Origin: Epithemia pelagica
Lineage: Eukaryota; Protista; Bacillariophyta
Assembly: GCA_946965045.2 (NCBI GenBank)
Contig: OX337233.1
Location: 3,534,001-3,598,000, forward strand
Direction of reading: 5' to 3'
Length of the DNA: 64,000 bases
The position numbers and the translations under genes were made by a program. The notes under the pieces are model-generated. The model had not been told where the DNA came from, made no database searches, and saw nothing but the letters and a program-made list of their open reading frames with translations. This document shows, piece after piece, positions 33,172-42,700 of this stretch; the first letter of the stretch is position 1, and the number at the start of each line of letters is the position of its first letter.

Positions 33172-33639
33172 TTAGGCTATAGAACTGATGCTTTTTTTCT
33201 TTTTGTTCTCTTGGTCTTCATCATCATCCTTTGATACGGAACTGAGTGAACGTTTTCTTGGTGGAGTCTCCACAACTTCCACTAAAGCAGCACGACAAAC
33301 ACCACGTCCTCTGTAACTCTTTTCCCTCTCTGAAGGGAACTCTGAATCCTTTAAAAACTCGGTGACTTGAGCCAGCTTTCCATCATAGAGATGGGCATTC
33401 TTCTTGTAGTATCTTGGAAGAAACCCAACTCTGCAGCGATCCACCCCATCTGTCACCCAGAATACAGCCAGCGCCGACTCTTCTTTTCCACAAATGGTTA
33501 TTTGGACAAGTCTGATTCGAACAAGGGAGTTGTGTTGAAGAACAATACCACAAATAGGATGTTCTTCACAACATCGGCCATTTGATGAGGCCTCAATGCC
33601 CACAATATTTATGGTATCTCCCGTCAGAGAAAACCCCAT
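33172..33639 (-). CDS. pogo cargo protein, HIRAN-like domain with Cys/His cluster
   Basis: EESALAVFW..DGVDRCRVGFLPR resembles the HIRAN D.nAi.V....vGyiPr pattern; RCCEEHPIC motif; basic C-terminal tail. The stop codon abuts the transposase stop with no gap. Confidence 0.6.
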   Translation of the reverse strand: MGFSLTGDTINIVGIEASSNGRCCEEHPICGIVLQHNSLVRIRLVQITICGKEESALAVFWVTDGVDRCRVGFLPRYYKKNAHLYDGKLAQVTEFLKDSEFPSEREKSYRGRGVCRAALVEVVETPPRKRSLSSVSKDDDEDQENKKKKSISSIA

Positions 33640-33792
33640 GTTACGTGTGATACACCGATGGAAAGCTCGTAATGTCACGAATCACGTAGTGTATTCAAAC
33701 CTAACGTAGCTTACTTCCTGGTAAAGTTAGAGATCCATGTACATCACTGGGTGGGGGGGGGACAGGACAAAGGGGGGACAGGAATCCGTAAT

Positions 33793-33874
33793 TTTGATTT
33801 TTTGCGATCCCGCGCGAGGCGCACGTGCATTGAGCACTAGCATCCGTGTGTGCCGTATTTCATGTAGGGGCCTA
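33793..33874. repeat. 82-bp direct repeat, copy 2
   Basis: Identical to 31557-31638. Confidence 0.95.
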
Positions 33875-34076
33875 GGTAGGTCCTACTGTAGATTGACAGG
33901 CTTCTTCGGTCTCGCGGTGAACCGCTCGTTATGAGACGGCCAGACGGACTGGTGAGAAACAACTTCGCGACTTCGCGAACGATGTGATTCCTTGGTGTTG
34001 ACAACCTCGTGCGAGTACAAGTATAACCGAGCTTGTTCGAATAGAAATCTCTGCAGTAGTAACGATACTGTTCAGC

Positions 34077-35141
34077 ATGGGAAACACTCAAGCCAGTGTT
34101 CAATTTGAAGACGGTGATGCCGTGAACTTCGAGCATGGCGAAAAGCTGTCGGATATTATTCAATTCTACGGTCCTGGGTATCTGCGAAACTTAGAAGACA
34201 ATTCCGTCGTTTTTGCGCAGGATAAAGTTATTCCTCAAGGCAGGTACAGGTTCATTAAAAAGAAGGTTGCGGCTGTTGGATACGAGGTCAGAGCCTCCGT
34301 CTTTGGAGCCTTGTCCTGTGCGGGTGCCAGAGGGAACATTTACAAGTTGCTGGAGCGTCACCATGGAGGCTACTCCGAAGCGGAGGGTCATGGTGCAAGC
34401 GTGACTTACTCGAACAACGATCTGACAATCAACGCCTATTTTAAAAGCTACGACAAGGCGCGCGATTTTCAAAACGAATTGAACTCCTGGGAAATGCACA
34501 AGGAGCTGGTGAATCTTGCTGGTGTCAACGTTGCCCCAAAAGAGCCCCTGGAGGTTGTTTTGCCCCGTGATTTTCAACCGTTCACTCTGCTGGACTACGA
34601 CCCCAGCGCGTCAGAGTCTCCATGTGGTGATCTCAACATGCTGAGATCTTATCGCATATCTGTCCCAATCACGGAGGCGGTTGAGGACAACTCGCCTCTT
34701 GTTATGTATCAATCGGTCGACATCCGGCAACTTGGTTTGAAACACTACAAATGTCATCTTCACGACAAAGCAAAGAACAAAGCGTACCAAAACGACGAAA
34801 ACAACATGATCGCAGCTTCTTGGCCATTCCATCAAATGTTGGACGGTCTCAACACCGATGAAAAAATCCCTTTGCTTCGACTAAGTTTCAAATCGTCCTC
34901 AGCGCGCAGACAAGCAGACAATGACAACCGGTATGCAGTCACACTGGGAATTGAGTTCAAGGACGAAGCTTTAGCCCAAAACTATCAGTGCCCAGAGGGA
35001 GGGATTCAAGTTGACAACAAGAATTGGGAAGTTACAGTTCATGTGCGAAACAAGGAGATATTTGAAGAGTGTGTCAATTGGAAATACGCAGATACGACAA
35101 AAAAGTGGGAATTATACGATGAGCAGCTGGACATTGAATGA
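34077..35141 (+). CDS. Crinkler-like protein with putative HNH-type nuclease motif and N-myristoylation signal
   Basis: Intronless 354 aa; MGNTQAS (MGxxxS); header-like GYLRN...GRYRF; CHL...DENNMIAASWPFHQMLDG fits the HNH_2 pattern aHI...N.l.L...H..FD. Confidence 0.6.
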   Translation: MGNTQASVQFEDGDAVNFEHGEKLSDIIQFYGPGYLRNLEDNSVVFAQDKVIPQGRYRFIKKKVAAVGYEVRASVFGALSCAGARGNIYKLLERHHGGYSEAEGHGASVTYSNNDLTINAYFKSYDKARDFQNELNSWEMHKELVNLAGVNVAPKEPLEVVLPRDFQPFTLLDYDPSASESPCGDLNMLRSYRISVPITEAVEDNSPLVMYQSVDIRQLGLKHYKCHLHDKAKNKAYQNDENNMIAASWPFHQMLDGLNTDEKIPLLRLSFKSSSARRQADNDNRYAVTLGIEFKDEALAQNYQCPEGGIQVDNKNWEVTVHVRNKEIFEECVNWKYADTTKKWELYDEQLDIE

Positions 35142-35774
35142 GTTAGTATAAAACCTCTCTCTCTTTTCTTCAATCACGACCTGGAAAAGGCACCAATGAT
35201 CAAAGTCTTGTTTCTATCCAGGGTGTTCTGATTTTGTCTCTCCTGTCCTCTTTCAATGCACTTCACAAGAAAGAATGGAGGGATGGTACAAAGGCAAACT
35301 TCTTTGTTGCTCTTGCCAAGGGACTTCCCAAGGGACTTCTCACCGGACGGAGAACCATCCCATGTACTCCCTCCGTCCAAAAAAAGACGCATGAATAACC
35401 CATTGACCCTTCTTCTGGGTTATGGGACCCCCACGTACAGTGGTTGAATTACAAAGATCGGAGACTGAGAATTCTATTGTGGGCTTGGGTTGCAAAGGCG
35501 ACCAGGAAATGGGGTATCTTTGCATATCCGCTAGGTATTTCTGTAATTCTAAAACTAGTTTCAGCTCGCCTATGATCTTTGGCTTAACAACAACCTTTTG
35601 TCGTCGATCAGCAATCAACCGTCCAAACTCCATCTTATGACTACTAATACCTCCTATTCTATCCGCTTGAAGCGGAGTCCGAACGAAAGATACCTTTCTT
35701 GAATACATAGCTTTTGACATGGTAGTGTCACCTACTCCAACTCCAATAAGCAATGCCATCTATCTCATAATCTA

Positions 35775-36208
35775 CCGTAACTTGCGGAGTCCTGGACCCC
35801 AGGAATGTGCATGAAACGACTTGGGGGGTCCAGAACTCCACAATTTTCGATAATTTTTCTTAAGATTCCATTCACAGTGTACAATTAACTTGATAGTAAA
35901 TTTCATGATAAACATCGGAGTTGTAGAGAAGGGTTGGTCGCACTATTCCAGTAAGGGATATCACCGTGCTTCCAAGCGTAGCCTTAACCCTAATAATACT
36001 ACCCATCATGCTGTATCTCTTGTTTCTCCTCTTTGATTCACTCCCATCTAATGTTAGCCAGTGCGATAGAAAGCTCGGAACGTGAGGAATGTGGAGGTAA
36101 CCCTAAAACCCGGAAAGAACCTACAGATCAAAAGTTAGGGGGCCATGTACGTTTAAGGGGAGTGGGGGGTCCAGGACTCTGTGGGGTCCGGGAATCCGCA
36201 AATTACGG
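35775..36208. mobile_element. 434-bp non-autonomous pogo-like MITE
   Basis: TA|CCGTAACTTGCGGAGTCCTGGACCCC ... GGGGTCCGGGAATCCGCAAATTACGG|TA: 26-bp TIRs with 3 mismatches and a TA duplication. The left subterminal sequence resembles the pogo left end; no coding capacity. Confidence 0.9.
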
Positions 36209-36232
36209 TAGTTTATCTTTGATTACGCAACC

Positions 36233-36838
36233 ATGAAGTCCGCCATCTTTGCCTCCCTCATCGCCACTGCTGCCGCTTTCGCCCCTGCCTCCCAGAAGGC
36301 CTCTTCTTCGGCCTTGAAGGCTTTCGAAGACGAATTGGGTGCCCAAGCTCCTCTTGGTTTCTTTGACCCCCTTGGCCTTGTTGCCGATGGTGACCAAGAA
36401 AAGTTCGACCGCCTTCGTTACGTCGAGATCAAGCATGGCCGCATCTGTATGTTGGGTGTTGTCGGATACTTGGTCAACGCCGCCGGTATCTACCTCCCTG
36501 GTGATATTGACTACTCGGGTACCAAGTTCTCCGACCTTGGATACGGATGGGATGCTTCTTTCTCGGTCCCTGTTGCCGGTGCCCTCCAAGTCCTTGCCTT
36601 TGTTGGTTTCTTGGAACTTTTCGTCATGAAGGACTCTGCCAACGGTGCCGAACCCGGTGAATTCGTTGGTGACTTCCGCAACGGTGCTCTTGACTTTGGC
36701 TGGGACTCCTTTGACGAGGAAACCAAGCTCACCAAGCGTGCCGTCGAATTGAACCAAGGCCGTGCCGCCCAAATGGGTATGTTGGCCCTCATGGTTCACG
36801 ACAAGCTTGGAAATGTCGAAGACTTCTTCCCCAACTAA
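36233..36838 (+). CDS. lhcf: Fucoxanthin chlorophyll a/c-binding protein (Lhcf), copy B
   Basis: AAAFAP presequence, EIKHGRICML, ELNQGRAAQMG. Confidence 0.97.
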   Translation: MKSAIFASLIATAAAFAPASQKASSSALKAFEDELGAQAPLGFFDPLGLVADGDQEKFDRLRYVEIKHGRICMLGVVGYLVNAAGIYLPGDIDYSGTKFSDLGYGWDASFSVPVAGALQVLAFVGFLELFVMKDSANGAEPGEFVGDFRNGALDFGWDSFDEETKLTKRAVELNQGRAAQMGMLALMVHDKLGNVEDFFPN

Positions 36839-37455
36839 GATTTTGAATCTGCTGCTACACCAGGTTTTGGAATATGCGTTTTTGTCATAAACTAGAAAAC
36901 CTAACTTTTTCTGCTTGATTTGAAATATGATTCATACCTACAGCGCAATGGTTGTAATTGCAGGCATGTCATGGCCGGTCCAGAGATACAAACTAAGTGG
37001 TTGATCGGTTTATTTTTGCAGTCACTCTCCCGTTGCATAGAATAGATGGACTTTTCGTAGGTTTTAGAGGTCTATGCCTTCTTCAAGAACGATGTGTGCG
37101 ATGCTTCTTCTGCAAATTGGACAATGTGCAAGTGCAGAGAGTTCAGCGTGCTTCCTCACAACTTCCAGGGTTTAAGTCTATGATTAAGGTTGACAGAACG
37201 GCATCACGATGAACGATCCATAACGTCCATAAAAAAAATGGAACCGATTCAAATTTTTCGGTGAAAGTTGCTCGAAAGTTGCTCGGGGTAGCAAAACACG
37301 TGCCGACACGTGGGACTCGTAACTGGCCGTGAATGACGACGCAAATCATCTTCTCTTGCCATTTGGTCTCTTGTTTTCCTTGAAGACGAAGATCGAACAA
37401 ATACAAAGCATTTCGCTTTCCGACAGCTCACAATTCCTTGTCCGAGAAAGTAATC

Positions 37456-38058
37456 ATGAAGTCCGCCATCTTTGCCTCCCTTGTTGCCACCGCCGCCGCC
37501 TTCGCCCCGGCTTCCCAAAAGGCCTCCTCCACGGCCTTGAACGCCTTTGAAGATGCTTTGGGCGCCCAGCCTCCTCTTGGCTTCTTCGATCCCCTCGGCC
37601 TTGTCGCTGACGGTGACCAAGAAAAGTTCGACCGCCTTCGTTACGTCGAATTGAAGCACGGCCGCATCTGCATGTTGGGTGTTGTCGGATACTTGGTCCA
37701 AGAAGCCGGAATCCGTCTTCCTGGAGACATTGACCTCTCTGGCACCTCCTTCGCCTCCATCCCCAACGGCTTTGCCGCCTTCAAGGCCATCCCCGCTGGT
37801 GGACTTGTGCAATTGTTGTTGTTCGTTGGTTTGTTGGAAGCCTGCGTCATGAAGGACCAAGCCAACGGTGCCGAACCTGGTGAATTCCCTGGTGATTTCC
37901 GTAACGGCGCCATTGACTATGGCTGGGACTCTTTCGATGAAGAGACCAAGTTGACCAAGCGTGCCATTGAATTGAACCAAGGCCGTGCCGCCATGATGGG
38001 TTTGTTGGCCCTTATGGTCCACGAACAATTGGGAGTCTCCCTCATCCCTGATGTTTAA
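37456..38058 (+). CDS. lhcf: Fucoxanthin chlorophyll a/c-binding protein (Lhcf), copy C, near-identical to copy A
   Basis: The protein differs from copy A at one residue (IDLSG vs IDFSG); ATG 37456. Confidence 0.97.
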   Translation: MKSAIFASLVATAAAFAPASQKASSTALNAFEDALGAQPPLGFFDPLGLVADGDQEKFDRLRYVELKHGRICMLGVVGYLVQEAGIRLPGDIDLSGTSFASIPNGFAAFKAIPAGGLVQLLLFVGLLEACVMKDQANGAEPGEFPGDFRNGAIDYGWDSFDEETKLTKRAIELNQGRAAMMGLLALMVHEQLGVSLIPDV

Positions 38059-39796
38059 GGAGTTTGCCTAGCAAGCGCCGCTTCCCTTTCCTAACGTAAA
38101 CTAGCGACCATAGTTTCACTGGAAATCATCCGCGTTTACCATATCTAACTACCTAGGAATCTTCATGTTGGTATATTCTTCAAGGAGCTTATGGGCTGCT
38201 GCATGGCGTAAGGTCCCATCGTAACTGTTAGCAGATGAGATGAGGAAAGCTTGGACGAAGTTTTCTGTGTAGCAAAGACTGAGGTAGTGAGGCGTGGCAT
38301 AGATGATGCCTCCCGCTTGTTCTAAGGAGTCGTGGCCCCAATGTAGCGAGAGATTCAATCCGAAGAGATGTGGGCTGTGAGTAGCTGCGATTAAGATTCC
38401 TCCTCACCGATCGAACGAAAATAAGACGACGAGGAATCCTACTGAGAAGTCCATCGATTAGGCATTTTTTCTAGAACAGTAGTGCGGGTTTTGCCTCGCA
38501 TGATTCTGTTCAGCTATATTGTCATTGTTCATGCACCATTTCTTTTCGGAATGGAAAACCACCAACTGTTTCTACTTTTGAAGTTGGAGCTTCGTGGATT
38601 ACACCAGAGACGAGCGGACGAACCGTTGAATCCTCTTTGACCATAGTTCTATTGTTCAGGTTCAGGGACACTGCCATCCAGTGAGTCTCCAGGAGTAGAT
38701 GTATGTGCTCTGTAACGATAAGAAGCGAACTGTCTCTCTAGGGAGACTCTGTGCGGTCAAAGGGACGGTGTCGGGCTATGAGAACTGAAAACAAGATATC
38801 TTAGTACCATCTAGGCGAGTCACTTTTTGGTTCATCATGGCATCTAGGAGTACCTTTTTCGTTCATCCTGGCCTATCATTGTCATAGCTATGAAATGCTA
38901 CGTTGACGGTGCTCTTTGCTCGCAAATTCGAAAATCTTTGAGTGGCATGTATATCTCGGATATATAAAAAATTAGTAGTACAAAACTGGACAGGGACCGC
39001 TTGGGAGTACGTCTGATCGCTTTTCTCATATTCCAATTACGTGGGGCTTCCTCGCGTCCGGCACTATTATTTGTACATAATGCAGTATAGTCATGTACCT
39101 TCCTTCACTAAGTATTCCACAGTCGATCTCACCCGTTGGATTTGGATTTTGGATGAGCGATGAGCGATTTCTGTGTAATCTGCGCAACTCCGACGATCGC
39201 GGTTGCGTTCTTCCATCCAAGACCGAAACCACAGCGTGCGGCGTGTGTGTTGTCGTCGCCGACCGCGAAATAGTGAAGGAGCCGTTGGATGACCATTAAC
39301 ACCTTGATCTTTTCTGGAAGGCCATTCACACGAAACATTGGAAAAGCTTCTCCCGAAAAGGATTGCATGCAACGCAGCCGATAGATAGACGCAGAGCGTT
39401 GGTAGCACGTTGATTGCGTCGTTTCGAAACTTTGCAAAACCTTCCTTTTGAAGGTGCCACTGGGTGCGTGATTCCAATCACGATTTGTGTGCACACGAAG
39501 TTGGCCGATCAACTGATTGGAATCTGTGTTTCCTCTTGTCGTTTGTTTATTTTCATCGCAATAGCTTTGTCGTGGCCCTGGGTGGAGCCCGTTCTGGAGA
39601 GTGTGGAAGGTCCTCCTCATCCTTGGAACACTTGTCACACATTTGTTCCTGGAACAATTGAACGAAGGATCTTACTCGCAAGTTCCAGATACATCGGCCA
39701 CGGTCTGCAGTCGCTCTCCCCTGGCACGATCGAATAGTCATTCGTAACTTTTTTCATTTCAAGGAGCATAGTAGATAAAGAAGAAGAACAAAGGCG

Positions 39797-42700
39797 ATGG
39801 AAGCGGGTGCCTTGGCGTGGTGTCGCGACAAGGACGGCGACGAAGCATGGCTCTTGTGTGAGGTGGTCAAGAAAACATCGGATGAACTCACCTTGAAGCA
39901 TGGTGACAAGACATTCACCAAGGGATTAGCCCAAATCAGTGAAGATACGAGTGAACGAAAGTTCGAGGATGTGGAATTGGCCAATACGCCTCTCTCTCAA
40001 GAAGAAAAGGAGGAAGGACGAGACAATGATTTGATTACCTTGCCGCATTTGCACGAACCTGCCATTTTGCATTCACTGAGTGATCGTTTCTTTCGCGGCA
40101 AAATCTATACATGGACAGGTCCGGTTTTGATCGCGGTGAATCCCTTTCAACGCCTGCCCTTGTACGACACGCCGATTCTAGAAGAATATCGACGAGATGG
40201 TTTACTCAAGGCTCAAGGATTGGGTAATGTGGGAGATAAGGAACTGGAACCTCATGTCTTTGCTATTGCGGATCGATCGTATCGACAAATGATGGGTGAG
40301 CAAAGAAAATCACAAGCCATTTTGATTTCTGGTGAATCTGGTGCAGGGAAGACCGAAACGACCAAGATTGTCATGCTCTACCTAACGACTCTTGGAGCTG
40401 GAAACACCGAAGAAGCACCGGCCGTTGAAGGAGAGCCGGCGGAACAATCCATTATGCAAAAGGTTCTCCAATCGAATCCTGTGCTAGAGGCCTTTGGTAA
40501 TGCTCGTACACTGCGTAATGACAACTCGTCACGTTTCGGAAAGTTTATTGAATTGGGGTTTTCACGAGCTGGTCACTTGTTGGGAGCCAAGGTCCAAACG
40601 TATTTGCTGGAAAAGGTTCGTTTGGCGTTCCATGCGGCAGGAGAGCGAAACTACCATATCTTTTACCAATTGCTACGTGGTGCGCCGGAAAGCGACCATG
40701 CGAAGTACGAGTTCCACGAGGGTGTCACGGGAGGGTTGGATTTGCCGAACTTCTTTCACTACACTGGACAAGGTGGAGCACCGCATTTGCGAGAATTCAC
40801 GGATGAATCCGGTTTGGAATATACCCTCAAGGCGATGCGACGATTGGGATGGGACGAAGCCAAAATTGATTCCGTCCTGTCGTTGTGTGCCGGTATTTTG
40901 CATTTGGGACAGATTGGCTTTAACCTGATCGAAAAAGAAGGTAACGACTGTGCTGAAGTGGCGGATGACAAAATCATGGGATATGCGGCCCGCTTGTTGG
41001 GAGTCGACATTGACAAGTTGCACGTCGCCTTGACCGAGAGGGTTATTTTGGCTCGTGGACAAGAAATTCGCTCCTGGTTGACGCCTGACCGCGCCGCAGA
41101 TGCAAGAGATGCTCTGGCTAAAACCATCTATGGTGCTCTTTTTTTATGGGTCGTGGACCAGGTCAATGCAAGTGTTGGTTGGGCAAATGACGGAGATGTC
41201 CGGTCGTCCTGTGGTGTATTGGATATTTTTGGTTTCGAATGTTTTGCCGTCAACTCGTTCGAACAGCTGTGTATCAACTTCACTAATGAAGCTCTGCAGC
41301 AACAGTTCAATCAGTTCATTTTCAAGCTCGAGCAAGCCGAATACGAAGCAGAGGCAATCAATTGGGCCTTTATCGAGTTCCCTGACAATCAAGATTGTTT
41401 GGATACGATCCAGGCTCCGAAAATTGGTATCTTGGCCATGCTCGACGATGAATGTCGGTTGCCGAAAGGCTCGGATCGCAACTTTGCCAAACGTATGTAC
41501 GAGCAGTATCTACCGGATAAGAACATGACTGTATCGGAAAATACCCGTTTCCATGCGACGAATGTGCAAAAGGCCAAGGCGATCTTCTGTGTGCGTCATT
41601 TTGCTGGACTGGTCGCCTACAATGCCGAAACAAACTTTATGGAGAAGAATAAAGATGAAATTCCCTTGACAGCACAAGTGTTGTTCGAGTCTTCACCTAG
41701 TCAACTTATCAAAGACACCTATGCTTGTCAGAAGCGAGAAACTGAGGACCGAGCAGCCGCAGCGGATGCAAAGAAAGGCACGGGCAAAGCGCCTAAGGCA
41801 AAGACAGTTGGTCAACAATTCAAAGATCAACTGACGTCTCTTATCTCCAATGTCCAACAAACGGATCCACACTACATTAGATGTATCAAACCTAACGATG
41901 CCGCCAAGCCACTGCTGTTGACACGCAAGCGTACCACAGAGCAGCTGCGGTATGGTGGTGTGTTGGAGGCCGTGCGAGTTGCACGAGCTGGTTACCCAGT
42001 ACGACTGCATCACGCATCCTTTTACCAACGATACCGAATGCTGCTTCCGACAACTCCAGACTCCGTGCTTCCTTGGAGTCTCGAGGGACAGGAAGAACAA
42101 AAGCTGTGTATTAAGCTGGTTGAAGTTGTGCTAGAAGAAGGAAAGAAACACAAAGAAGCCACTAAAGATGGTCCCTTGGATGCAAAAGAAGAAGGAATTA
42201 CGCGCTCGGAGAAGATTCGACGGATGCAAAATCAACCGATCTCCATGGAATTTCCCCGCACCGACGTCCAGCTTGGTAAAACCAAGGTTTTCATGCGCAA
42301 ACACCCTCACGATTGTCTAGAAGCTCATCGCGTCTTCCACCAACATGCGAGTGCTACAGTCATTCAATGCTGGGCACGTGGTCTTGCGAAACAACGTGCC
42401 TACTTTATTGTTGAAGATGCCGTACAAACCATCCAACGGTGCTACCGTGGAAGCAAAGGCCGCGAACGATGGTGGCGACTCCGCAAAGCCGATGCCGGTG
42501 CCCTACTTACCAAAGTCTTCCGGATGCTCATGGCCTGGCGCAAGTACAATCGTGCTCGCAAAGGAACCATCAAGTACCAAGCCTTGTTGCGCGGATACAA
42601 CCTTCGACGGGTCTTGGCATCTGTCGTCGTTCAACGATACTTCCGTCGCTATGTCGGACGCCGAAATTACCTCAAAATGCAAGGAGCTATTTTGGCCTTG

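Larger units (their letters stand above)
31639..33788 (+). mobile_element. pogo-family (Tc1/mariner) DNA transposon with cargo ORF; right TIR truncated
   Basis: Left end TA|CCGTAATTTGCGGATTCCTGTCCCCCC; right end GGGGGGACAGGAATCCG, lacking the outer ~10 nt. Confidence 0.85.

Noticed and set aside
29952-38028. Long antisense ORFs over the lhcf genes (29952-30584, 36203-36799, 37249-38028)
   Set aside because: Shadow frames caused by the strong codon bias of highly expressed genes.
38100-39750. Cluster of short overlapping ORFs between lhcf and myosin
   Set aside because: No recognisable motif or consistent frame; it may be decayed sequence, but I cannot support a call.
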